Made by a program: the position numbers and the translations under genes. The notes under the pieces were generated by a model. It had not been told where the DNA came from, did no database searches, and saw only the letters and a program-made list of their open reading frames with translations. A DNA stretch of 44,263 nucleotides, from positions 1-44,263 of IMG/VR virus record IMGVR_UViG_3300037506_000026. One strand, given 5' to 3'. Source of the DNA: a virus. This document shows positions 24,091 to 31,573 of the stretch, piece after piece (the first letter of the stretch is position 1; each line of letters begins with the position of its first letter).

Positions 24091-24981
24091 TTAAATTTTC
24101 ACCGCGTAATCTTTGATGACCTCGCCGGCTTCCTTGCTCCCGCGCGTTGTCATCGGCCACCAGTATCGGCCCTTGTATTTTCCGAACAATCCTTGCCCGT
24201 GCGAAAAATCCTTGAAGTGTCCCCGGCAAATATGAAGGGCGCGCGGCGTTAACAGTTCGGAGCTTCCCGAATGTTCACCGATGATTTTCTTGATGGGGCC
24301 GATCTCAAGGGTGTACACCTTAACCAGTGGCGGGCGGCCTTCTCTCCGCCGGCTCTTTGGGAAAAGCGATGCCCGCTTGACGACCTTTTCGACGTTCCGG
24401 CAGTTCATGAACGAGATCGCGAGCAGGAGCGGCTTCGTGAAATTCAGGCAGTCCTGCTTTGTTTTCAAATCCCACTTCGCGTATTCTCTTAAAAAATCGT
24501 CGTTGGCAAATATCTTGTACCAGTTCTGCTCTCCCTCCGTGTTCGATCCGAGCGGAATCATCTCGCCCGTTTTCTTGTCCACTTCGTAGAGGACGGTAAA
24601 TGGCGCGATCCCCGGCCCCTTGAATCCTTCGATGTCGGTATAGGTAAAAACCATGACCGACTTCGTCGTCTCTGTCTCGGCCCATGTCGTCACGATATTG
24701 CAGAGGCGTTTCCCGCGCTCCGATTCCACCGCGTCCCTCCACACCCCATTCTCATTCACTTGGTCGGGGATGATGTACTCCATCGCAAACGAATCGAACG
24801 GAGGCATCGCACACGGGAGATCGCGGTTTACTTCCCAGACCGATTGCGGAGAGGACGAGTAGTAATCCACCACGTTCTGAATGTCAATCGTTACCGCGTT
24901 CTTGATGACTTCACCGAGTCGGCCTTGGTGATTCTGTTCTCTGAGGTGGTCGATCAGATAGCGCAACGACTTAAACTCCAA
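24091..24981 (-). CDS. Hypothetical protein (296 aa), TTG start in the track
   Basis: Long ORF with no recognised domain and a basic C-terminal region RALHICRGHFKDFSHGQGLFGKYKGRYWWP. Confidence 0.6.
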   Translation of the reverse strand: MEFKSLRYLIDHLREQNHQGRLGEVIKNAVTIDIQNVVDYYSSSPQSVWEVNRDLPCAMPPFDSFAMEYIIPDQVNENGVWRDAVESERGKRLCNIVTTWAETETTKSVMVFTYTDIEGFKGPGIAPFTVLYEVDKKTGEMIPLGSNTEGEQNWYKIFANDDFLREYAKWDLKTKQDCLNFTKPLLLAISFMNCRNVEKVVKRASLFPKSRRREGRPPLVKVYTLEIGPIKKIIGEHSGSSELLTPRALHICRGHFKDFSHGQGLFGKYKGRYWWPMTTRGSKEAGEVIKDYAVKI

Positions 24982-25066
24982 GCTCCATCTGGCGTTCTTC
25001 CGCGGTCAATTCCCGCTCGCTGATGATGACGCCTGTGTCTTTGCGAACCACTGTCCGCTTCCCAGT

Positions 25067-25276
25067 TCAGTCATTTCTGAATCCTCCATTTTTTTGTTTT
25101 CTGTAAAACTTTCCTTCGCGTATCGCTTCCGTCTTCCCGATCCAGTAGATGTCTCCCATTTTCCTGACGTCGGTGAAATGGAGCCGCAAATGAACCTCCA
25201 TTGCCTCCACTTTGCAGTAACAGACAGCGCACCGCTCAACCCTGATGGAGTCGAGGAGGCACGTTGACTTACTCAC
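25067..25276 (-). CDS. Small Cys-containing protein (69 aa), GTG start
   Basis: GTGA overlap with the upstream stop. Preferred over the overlapping 25006..25239 ORF on composition. Confidence 0.4.
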   Translation of the reverse strand: MSKSTCLLDSIRVERCAVCYCKVEAMEVHLRLHFTDVRKMGDIYWIGKTEAIREGKFYRKQKNGGFRND

Positions 25277-25527
25277 AGCTTCTCGTCGTGGATCGCTTTC
25301 ATTTTTAGGATCGTATTTTGGACTATGTGGAAAGGACAGAACGTCCGTTCATATTCGTGTTGACAATGAGGAAACCCTTTGGCAATTTTGTCCAGCCCTT
25401 CAAGCGCGGCCTCAACTACACGGTCGCGACTTTTGATAATGGCGATGGCCTCTTTGAGTTGCGCTTCCGTGTCTTGACAAACGCTGATGAGTTTTTCCAC
25501 ACTTGAAATTGGATCGTCTGCGATCAT
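25273..25527 (-). CDS. Hypothetical protein (84 aa)
   Basis: GGAGGAAATAGGCC-ATG. Confidence 0.5.
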   Translation of the reverse strand: MIADDPISSVEKLISVCQDTEAQLKEAIAIIKSRDRVVEAALEGLDKIAKGFPHCQHEYERTFCPFHIVQNTILKMKAIHDEKL

Positions 25528-25530
25528 GGC

Positions 25531-25692
25531 CTATTTCCTCCGCGTATTGACTTCGATCTTTTCGAGCAGATAAATCACTCGGCCTATTTCTTTCCCAGAC
25601 CAATACCTTCCCATTTCGATCGCGCTCAAGGTAGTAACTCCAATCGTTCCCGCAATCACACCAATAACGAACCACATCAGTTGCTTTTTCAT
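25531..25692 (-). CDS. Small membrane protein (53 aa; below the track's 60-aa cutoff)
   Basis: My translation is MKKQLMWFVIGVIAGTIGVTTLSAIEMGRYWSGKEIGRVIYLLEKIEVNTRRK, with GGAGGTG 6 nt upstream. It fills the gap between flanking genes exactly. Confidence 0.5.
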   Translation of the reverse strand: MKKQLMWFVIGVIAGTIGVTTLSAIEMGRYWSGKEIGRVIYLLEKIEVNTRRK

Positions 25693-25695
25693 GGC

Positions 25696-25926
25696 TCACA
25701 CCTCCAATTTTCTGATCTCTGCAAACCTTTTCGCCTCTGCTTCGGAAAATTCTTTTATCTTTGCGGCCAAAAATCCGAGCCACTCCCAATCTTCTTCTTG
25801 GTACGAGATGTTGGTGACGTGGTAGTCGCATTTGGTGAACCGACCATCCACAAAGTTGATGCTGGCGTCTTGCTCCTTGTGTTTCCCTTTGAGTTGGTAT
25901 TGGACGCAGACGGTCTCCGTCCTCAT
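25696..25926 (-). CDS. Hypothetical protein (76 aa)
   Basis: ORF that overlaps the upstream stop by 4 nt. Confidence 0.5.
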   Translation of the reverse strand: MRTETVCVQYQLKGKHKEQDASINFVDGRFTKCDYHVTNISYQEEDWEWLGFLAAKIKEFSEAEAKRFAEIRKLEV

Positions 25927-26225
25927 CGAACGATCACCGGAACCACTACCGGCCGCTTTTTCTTAACGGGTGCGTCCATTTTCTCTCCGGCCAAGAATCG
26001 GTCGAGCTGTTTTTTCAACGCCTCACTTTCGCGGAGGTCATTCGCTTTGATGTCGTACAAGCGGCAGAAAGCGCGGACGTCTCCTTCGCTCAAATTGTGA
26101 GAAGCCGCATAATTGCGCCGTGCTTGCGGTTCGAGGATGAGGCCGTCCAGTACAACGTAAACGAGAAGGCTCAACACCACTGTCATCAAGAACGCCAGGA
26201 AGATGTGGCCGCGTTCGCCTCTCAT
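25923..26225 (-). CDS. Membrane protein (100 aa)
   Basis: ATG at 26225 forms an ATGA overlap with the 26222..26446 stop. TM segment IFLAFLMTVVLSLLVYVVL. Confidence 0.5.
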   Translation of the reverse strand: MRGERGHIFLAFLMTVVLSLLVYVVLDGLILEPQARRNYAASHNLSEGDVRAFCRLYDIKANDLRESEALKKQLDRFLAGEKMDAPVKKKRPVVVPVIVR

Positions 26226-26446
26226 TTGATCGGCAATCCTTTCGACGTGTCGTTGGCCTCTCTCATGTGCTTCAAAAGTTCTTCCGCTTGGTTGCGGTCG
26301 AACAACATTACCACCGTGAGCGGCGGAGCGCATGGAACCACCACCGAGAATCCAATCCTGCCCGGCTGTCCGTCTCGCGGAGCCACGGCGATGATCGTAT
26401 ACTGCGGGTTCAACATCTGGCATTGACCACCGAATTGAAACTGCAT
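26222..26446 (-). CDS. Hypothetical protein (74 aa)
   Basis: Globular-looking ORF, preferred over the Arg/Gly-rich N-terminus of the 184-aa alternative. Confidence 0.5.
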   Translation of the reverse strand: MQFQFGGQCQMLNPQYTIIAVAPRDGQPGRIGFSVVVPCAPPLTVVMLFDRNQAEELLKHMREANDTSKGLPIK

Positions 26447-26616
26447 TAGCTTTGTTCTTCCTCGTTTTTTTCTTCAATGTGAATCAACTTTGCGTATTCT
26501 TCTGCGCTCATAGTCCACTCGCATGAAACGCATTTAAGGGCCGCGCCTCCACCGCCCCACACGGGAATGATCTTCCCGCAACACGCTTCACAAATTGTCG
26601 GGACTCTTTTTCTCAT
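26446..26616 (-). CDS. Zinc-ribbon protein (56 aa; below the track cutoff)
   Basis: My translation is MRKRVPTICEACCGKIIPVWGGGGAALKCVSCEWTMSAEEYAKLIHIEEKNEEEQS. TAATG junction with the next gene. The SD is weak. Confidence 0.45.
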   Translation of the reverse strand: MRKRVPTICEACCGKIIPVWGGGGAALKCVSCEWTMSAEEYAKLIHIEEKNEEEQS

Positions 26617-26845
26617 ACTTCCCGCACGTCGGCCAATTCGCTCTGTGATCCGTCGCAGGCCCGTGACTGATTTTCCTCAGCGCACATTTGAAATAACGAT
26701 TGCCGTGCTGATGGACAATGAAGTGGCAGCACGTTTTACATCGCGTGTCGTCCGGCCCCTTCCCGTACAAATCCACGCACGGGTTCTTCGACCGCTCGCG
26801 CGGCCCAAAAAGAGTCTCGTCAATCAGCTCGCCGAATTTGATCAC
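26588..26845 (-). CDS. Cys-rich protein; start uncertain (GTG at 26845 proposed)
   Basis: ...CVDLYGKGPDDTRCKTCCHFIVHQHGNRYFKCALRKISHGPATDHRANWPTCGKYE. GGAG lies 8 nt before the GTG. Confidence 0.4.
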   Translation of the reverse strand: MIKFGELIDETLFGPRERSKNPCVDLYGKGPDDTRCKTCCHFIVHQHGNRYFKCALRKISHGPATDHRANWPTCGKYEKKSPDNL

Positions 26846-26969
26846 GGAATTTTCTCCGCAGTCCGTAGAACGTAACGAGCGAAAGGATGAATGTCCCGAT
26901 AACTCCGCAACACACGCCAACGGCGAATCCGATCTTGAAGCCCTCAATGATGTTTGCGTCGATGGTCAT
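26820..26969 (-). CDS. Small membrane protein (49 aa; below the track cutoff)
   Basis: My translation is MTIDANIIEGFKIGFAVGVCCGVIGTFILSLVTFYGLRRKFRDQIRRAD. GGAGA lies 6 nt upstream. It overlaps both neighbours by 26 nt. Confidence 0.4.
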   Translation of the reverse strand: MTIDANIIEGFKIGFAVGVCCGVIGTFILSLVTFYGLRRKFRDQIRRAD

Positions 26970-27198
26970 GGGTGTCTCCGGGGGCCACGTCTCGTCGATA
27001 GGGCTGGGTGCTTCCTGTGTACCGTGTCCATTTGCATCGTCTCCGTTTGCAGAAGTAATAGACGCCGCTGTAGTAATCCACCACTTGCCGCGCGTCGCCT
27101 TTTTGGTAGGCGAGCTTGCGTTCCTGTCCGTCCACCGCGTCGATGTCGTGTCCCTTGTGCCAGCATTCGGGGAGTTTGCTGAGGAGCCAGCGGATCAT
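26944..27198 (-). CDS. Cys/His-containing small protein (84 aa)
   Basis: An ORF with a CWHKGH...FCKRRRCKW pattern. Confidence 0.45.
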   Translation of the reverse strand: MIRWLLSKLPECWHKGHDIDAVDGQERKLAYQKGDARQVVDYYSGVYYFCKRRRCKWTRYTGSTQPYRRDVAPGDTHDHRRKHH

Positions 27199-27446
27199 TT
27201 GAGCCTCGGATCGAGTTGGTTAAGTCGGGCGGGTTGGTTCATTTTCAGGTCGCACAGTTCGTCGCGCCATCCGTTCTTGAGAATTCGGGTGCGCATAAAG
27301 ACGTTGAGTGATTGCCCGGCCTCATGCGCTTTCCGGGCCACGTATTCGTGTTCCTCGACGGAGAAGCGGACGTGCGCGCCGCGCTCGCGCTTTAGTCCTG
27401 CCACGGGATTTTCCGCTCTCTCCGGGTGAACATCGCGGCCAGCCAT
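27195..27446 (-). CDS. Ribbon-helix-helix (MobC/CopG-like) DNA-binding protein
   Basis: 83 aa from the ATG at 27446. The pattern RGAHVRFSVEEHEYVARKAHEAGQSLNVFMRTRIL fits a strand followed by two helices. Confidence 0.5.
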   Translation of the reverse strand: MAGRDVHPERAENPVAGLKRERGAHVRFSVEEHEYVARKAHEAGQSLNVFMRTRILKNGWRDELCDLKMNQPARLNQLDPRLK

Positions 27447-27546
27447 TTGATTGCGTTCCTTATTAGCACCATGCCATGATGGTATCATATTTTCGGTGGC
27501 GATGGAATGCCCTTGCCGTCGCCCCATCCTTAAATCTTTCCGGGGC

Positions 27547-27804
27547 CTAGATTTCGTATCCGGGAACGGGTTCCTGGGGAGGGAACATCTTGCGCCCGAC
27601 AGGCGAGTCCAGCGGGACGACCTGCTTCGATTGGCAGATGGGGCATCCCTTATACTGGGCAAGCTTGCGCCATAAGGAGTAGATGAGACCGGGCAGGATC
27701 ATGATGAGCCAGGCTCCCAGTTCCAGGATCATGCTCCCCGGCGTGATGGTCTTTGGTTTCCCTTTGTACTGGCATTGCAGGCAGACAATCTCTTTGTCGA
27801 ACAT
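27547..27804 (-). CDS. LITAF-like membrane-inserted zinc-ribbon protein
   Basis: 85 aa from the ATG at 27804 (AACGGAGGAACCTAACC-ATG). The order is CLQC, then a hydrophobic stretch (ILELGAWLIMILPGLIYSLW), then CPIC. Confidence 0.55.
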   Translation of the reverse strand: MFDKEIVCLQCQYKGKPKTITPGSMILELGAWLIMILPGLIYSLWRKLAQYKGCPICQSKQVVPLDSPVGRKMFPPQEPVPGYEI

Positions 27805-27806
27805 GG

Positions 27807-28127
27807 TTAGGTTCCTCCGTTTTGTTGAGTTTTTATTTCGGCTTCGCATGCTTCACAGTACGGCGTGTAACTGTTTTCAGGGCAGGCTGGTTCAGCGTAG
27901 GCGTCGGGGTGCTTGCGGCACCGGCGTCCGCTTTCAAACCATTCTTCCATTTGGTCGGCGCAACATTGAAAGTCGGGGGTCTTGGCGTTCTCGGCAACCG
28001 TGCCTTCCTGGCAGTGCCAGGTATGACATTCTGTGCAGTTGCATTCGGGGGGGATGATGGTTCGATCGCTGTGCCGGGGTTCCGGCGGGTCGTACCAGCT
28101 TGATGGCGGGGAGCCGTCGAGGCTCAT
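27807..28127 (-). CDS. Cys-rich protein (106 aa, 12 Cys)
   Basis: ATGA overlap upstream. Motifs include CNCTECHTWHC, CC and CEAC. Confidence 0.5.
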   Translation of the reverse strand: MSLDGSPPSSWYDPPEPRHSDRTIIPPECNCTECHTWHCQEGTVAENAKTPDFQCCADQMEEWFESGRRCRKHPDAYAEPACPENSYTPYCEACEAEIKTQQNGGT

Positions 28128-28336
28128 GGCCGTGCCGCCTTGCGCGCGTAGACTTTTTTGCGCGGCTGGAATTGGATGGATGCGATGCAGTTGGTGGCCG
28201 TTTGAAATTCTCGGACGGCCCGGATCAGCATATCGATCGCGCCCTTATGGTCGGATTCTTTTAGGTTTTCGCCGGCGGATATTAAATACGACTTCGCCAG
28301 TTGTTGGCTTCGCAGGTACGTTCCGAATCGGCTCAT
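28124..28336 (-). CDS. Hypothetical helical protein (70 aa)
   Basis: AAAACCTGGAGGAACC-ATG. Confidence 0.5.
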   Translation of the reverse strand: MSRFGTYLRSQQLAKSYLISAGENLKESDHKGAIDMLIRAVREFQTATNCIASIQFQPRKKVYARKAARP

Positions 28337-28363
28337 GGTTCCTCCAGGTTTTTACGGCCTTAA

Positions 28364-28552
28364 TCAATCCATTTCGTCGAAAAAGTGCGCTTGCTCCGTC
28401 ATGTCGTTGTGTTCGTCCAGCCATTCGCGCCGGGCGTTCCAGGGGATTTGGGCGATCGGGATTACGCGGACGTTGTGGCCCGCGCCGTGTCCTTCCTGGA
28501 CTTCGATGCCGCAGTCGTTGCAGAAAAATGTTCGTTCGAGTAGGTTGCGCAT
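28364..28552 (-). CDS. Small protein with a CxxC motif (62 aa)
   Basis: ATG at 28552 lies 7 nt after GGAGG. Acidic C-terminus. Confidence 0.5.
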   Translation of the reverse strand: MRNLLERTFFCNDCGIEVQEGHGAGHNVRVIPIAQIPWNARREWLDEHNDMTEQAHFFDEMD

Positions 28553-28565
28553 TGGGATGCCTCCG

Positions 28566-28781
28566 TTATTTGCCATGACCGTTCTTCCGTTTCTTGGCGT
28601 CGGCCAGATACTTTTCGATCGACGCGCGGGTCAGAGGGTGCATGGCTTTAGTGTGACCATTAAACGCGCGTTGTAGTGTTTTGGTTCGGACGCCGATCGC
28701 GCGCGCCAGGTCGTCATTCGTGATCCCGGTCTTTTCCTTGTGCTGATAAAGTTCTTTTGTCAGCGGGTCGAGTATTTTCAT
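28566..28781 (-). CDS. Helix-turn-helix DNA-binding protein (71 aa)
   Basis: From the ATG at 28781 (GGAGGGGAC-ATG): ITNDDLARAIGVRTKTLQRAFNG. Confidence 0.6.
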   Translation of the reverse strand: MKILDPLTKELYQHKEKTGITNDDLARAIGVRTKTLQRAFNGHTKAMHPLTRASIEKYLADAKKRKNGHGK

Positions 28782-28836
28782 GTCCCCTCCATTTCCCTCT
28801 GATTCTACCCGGCTTCCGGCGTTCTGTCCACCCATA

Positions 28837-29043
28837 TTACCGGTCATGGCATCCCTCGCAGGTTTCTTCCGGTTCCGTGTGTCCGCCCGCCGCCTCATTG
28901 GCGTCATCCAAATTGTCGAGGACAAATTCCAGGTTCCGGTTATCGACGTATCCAAGGAGTTCTTCGATCAGCGTTTGGCGCACCGCCTCCGGGGCCGTCT
29001 CGATATATTTGGCGATCTTAAAAATCATCGCGCGGCGGTTCAT
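28837..29043 (-). CDS. Small acidic protein (68 aa)
   Basis: TAATG junction with the upstream gene. Acidic C-terminus DNLDDANEAAGGHTEPEETCEGC. Confidence 0.5.
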   Translation of the reverse strand: MNRRAMIFKIAKYIETAPEAVRQTLIEELLGYVDNRNLEFVLDNLDDANEAAGGHTEPEETCEGCHDR

Positions 29044-29228
29044 TACAGCACCGCCTGGATGGCTTTGTAGAGGCCGTAGCCGAGGCCGTAAAGGATAAGC
29101 AGGACGATCGCGCTTAAAGCCGCGACCTGGATTTCGTGCGCCCAGTAGCCGGGCTGTTTCATCTGCCATTCAAGGTAGGCTTCTTCTTCGACGTCGTTTT
29201 TGATCCGTTGATATTCGCGCTCGTTCAT
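29043..29228 (-). CDS. Small membrane protein (61 aa)
   Basis: AAGGAGAACGGCC-ATG. C-terminal TM segment AALSAIVLLILYGLGYGLY. Confidence 0.55.
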   Translation of the reverse strand: MNEREYQRIKNDVEEEAYLEWQMKQPGYWAHEIQVAALSAIVLLILYGLGYGLYKAIQAVL

Positions 29229-29267
29229 GGCCGTTCTCCTTTTGGGTCTTTGTTTTCCTTCCCCATC

Positions 29268-29295
29268 AGTATAACGGTGTCCGGTCTTTTGTCCA
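29268..29295 (-). promoter_or_regulatory. Sigma-70-like promoter candidate: TGGACA-N16-TATACT
   Basis: Minus strand has TGGACA at 29295..29290 and TATACT at 29273..29268, within the 143-nt gap upstream of 29228. GACCGGA occurs twice, at or just upstream of the -35 and within the spacer. Confidence 0.5.
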
Positions 29296-29371
29296 GTCCT
29301 ATTTCCGGTCAGGCGACCGATTTCTTCACTTTGTCACATAAACGGAGCGATATACCGCGTCAAACAACGCG

Positions 29372-29779
29372 CTACGTTCGTTCTTTAGTGGGTCGAATTT
29401 CGAGGCGGGTTCCGCCCTTTGGATTCTGCTTGTCCCATCGGCGATGGCAGGGCTGGCATAGCCAGCGGACTTTTAGCGGTTGGCTGTAATCGTAATGCGC
29501 GCCCTCGATGGGAATTCCAGTTCGGCGGCATTCCTCGCATTCGGTTGGGCGGTGGATATGGCCCTTGGCGATGTGGTAGCGAAGCAGGCTGGACGCCGTC
29601 CCGGCCTTAGCCGTGTGGACGTGAAATCTTACGCGCCCCGTAGCCTTTGTTAAGTACCAACATTTCTTTGAACAAAATCTTCGACCGAGATGATCCAACG
29701 GGCCGAATCGATTTCCACATTTTTCACAATTTCTAAATGTCTGTGGTTTCCGATTTCCTCCCTGTTGTCCTGGCCTCAT
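29372..29779 (-). CDS. HNH-type endonuclease / zinc-finger protein
   Basis: 135 aa. CEKCGNRF...CSKKC, then CEECRRTGIPIEGAHYDYSQPLKVRWLCQPCHRRWD. Confidence 0.65.
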   Translation of the reverse strand: MRPGQQGGNRKPQTFRNCEKCGNRFGPLDHLGRRFCSKKCWYLTKATGRVRFHVHTAKAGTASSLLRYHIAKGHIHRPTECEECRRTGIPIEGAHYDYSQPLKVRWLCQPCHRRWDKQNPKGGTRLEIRPTKERT

Positions 29780-31182
29780 AATTTCTGCGGCTTAACTCCC
29801 GTGAGCTTCTCGAACCTCTGAAGGATAACATCGCAATACGCGCGGTCGAGTTCGATGCCGTAGCATTTGCGGCCCGTGGATTCGGCTCCGAGGAGCGTGG
29901 TGCCGCTTCCTAGAAACGGGTCGATCACGATCTCGCCGGGCAGGCTTGAGTTTTGGAGCGCGCGGCGCGCCAGCTCCACCGGTTTTTGGGTGGGGTGTTC
30001 GTAGTCCGACTCGCGGGATACCTCCCAGAGGTCGTCCTCCCCTTTGCTGGAGGCCAAAATTAACGCCTCCCCTTGAGCCAGGCGAACGTTTCGCACCTTT
30101 TTAGGGGTAGGGCCTGGGCCGATGAAAATCGTCGAGCCTTGGCCATCCTGGACGTTTATACCGTGTCCGAGCGTCATGCTCTGGCCGGTTTTGGTTTTGT
30201 AGCCGAGTCGCCAGACGGTTGATTCGTTCCGCTGGCCGAAGTAGCGGGGCTTCTGTCCTTCCTTGGCGGCGTAGAAACACGGCTCATGCGCCCAGCGGTA
30301 ATCGCTCCAGCCCAGCACGAAGCTCGGCTTAGCCCAGATGATGTATTGGCGTTCCATAATTCCGGCGGCCTTAAGGGCGTAGGAGAATTCGTCGCGGGTC
30401 GTGGTGGCGTGCCAGACGTACCAGGCGGCGTCGTCCGAGGCGTGGAGCATGGCCTGCTGGAACACGGGTTTTAAGAGATCGACGATCAGCCGGTCGCCGG
30501 TCTTTTCGTCGTTCTGGATTTTGGCGAATTTGTCCGTGGTCGATTCGTAGCTGATCCCATACGGCGGGTCGGTGAAGATGAGGTTGGCTTGCGCACCGTC
30601 CATAAGCGCGGCCCATATGTCCGGGTTCTTGGCGTCACCGCAGATGAGCCGATGGTTTCCCAACGCCCACATTTCCCCGGTGCCAAATTCTTTGCCCGCC
30701 GCGATCTCCGGCTTCACGGCGTCGTCCAGGGCCTTCTCGCTGGTTCCTTCCACTTCGTTCATGAGCGCGCGCGCGGTCGCGTCGTAACCGGTTAGGTCAA
30801 GATCGAGCGAGCTTTTCATGAGTTCTTGCATCATCGATCCCACGGCGTCGCCATCGATGTCAGCGAGTTCGGCGATCCGGTTGTCGGCCAGCAGGTCGGC
30901 CAGCTCGACTTCCTCGTTTACGTATTCCTGGTAATCGACCGGCACGTGCGTCACCAGCATTTTCTTAGCGGCCATCAGGCGCGCGTGGCCGGATGTAATG
31001 AATCCTGATCGCTTAGACACCGTGATCGGCTTGCGCCATCCCTGGGCTTTGATGATCCGGGCGAGCAGTTCCACTTGCTCATCCGAGTGTCGGTTCGGGT
31101 TACGCGGGTGGGGCTTGAGGTTGCCCACCGGCTCGATGGCGTTGTGGGAGCAGTGAACGTCGAGGAAGTCGGCCTTGGCCAT
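29776..31182 (-). CDS. ParB-like nuclease domain fused to an N6/N4 DNA methyltransferase
   Basis: 468 aa. N-terminal LKPHPRNPNRHS...ITSGHARLMAA (ParB/Srx-like). Catalytic LIFTDPPYG, and a C-terminal SAM-binding block VIDPFLGSGTTLLGAE. Confidence 0.85.
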   Translation of the reverse strand: MAKADFLDVHCSHNAIEPVGNLKPHPRNPNRHSDEQVELLARIIKAQGWRKPITVSKRSGFITSGHARLMAAKKMLVTHVPVDYQEYVNEEVELADLLADNRIAELADIDGDAVGSMMQELMKSSLDLDLTGYDATARALMNEVEGTSEKALDDAVKPEIAAGKEFGTGEMWALGNHRLICGDAKNPDIWAALMDGAQANLIFTDPPYGISYESTTDKFAKIQNDEKTGDRLIVDLLKPVFQQAMLHASDDAAWYVWHATTTRDEFSYALKAAGIMERQYIIWAKPSFVLGWSDYRWAHEPCFYAAKEGQKPRYFGQRNESTVWRLGYKTKTGQSMTLGHGINVQDGQGSTIFIGPGPTPKKVRNVRLAQGEALILASSKGEDDLWEVSRESDYEHPTQKPVELARRALQNSSLPGEIVIDPFLGSGTTLLGAESTGRKCYGIELDRAYCDVILQRFEKLTGVKPQKL

Positions 31183-31571
31183 TAGAACGGTTCTCCGGGA
31201 GCCACGCCGGCGGGGACGTCGTTGAGTTTTTCTTGGTGTTCACCGAACGTCTTTGGCGTGTCGTCGTAGCCCCAGGCGAGTTCGACTTCCTTGGCCGGGA
31301 CGCCGAGCGCGGGGAAGATGATGTTCTTGCGTTCGAGGACTTTCAGGAGATCGCTTCCGTTTAACCCCTTGGCTTTCCCGACTTTCATCCCGCCGCCTTC
31401 CTCGTTCCAGTAGTCGCGTTTCTCCACGACGGCGCGCGTTGCTTTTCCGTCCACTGTCCAACAGCCGACGCGCAGGATTGTCCCGCCGTCGCCGCGTTCC
31501 GACTCCGCTTTGTAGATCGTGTCGATGTCCTTCCATGCGAATACTTTTGCTGGGCCTTTTTCTTTTGCCAT
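31182..31571 (-). CDS. Possible PC4/YdbC-like ssDNA-binding protein
   Basis: 129 aa from the ATG at 31571 (GGAGGCAGATAAAA-ATG). LRVGCWTVDGKATRAVVEKRDYWNEEGGGMKVGKAKGLNGSDLLKVL recalls the YdbC pattern. Tentative. Confidence 0.45.
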   Translation of the reverse strand: MAKEKGPAKVFAWKDIDTIYKAESERGDGGTILRVGCWTVDGKATRAVVEKRDYWNEEGGGMKVGKAKGLNGSDLLKVLERKNIIFPALGVPAKEVELAWGYDDTPKTFGEHQEKLNDVPAGVAPGEPF

Positions 31572-31573
31572 TT

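Noticed and set aside
25412-25831. The 139-aa minus-strand ORF (Arg-rich) spanning three small genes.
   Set aside because: It overlaps three compact, SD-preceded, coupled ORFs in other frames. Its sequence is highly basic low complexity.
25923-26477. The 184-aa ORF as a single gene.
   Set aside because: Its N-terminal 84 residues are Arg/Gly/Ala-rich. A better model is two coupled genes, 26222..26446 and 25923..26225, joined by an ATGA overlap.
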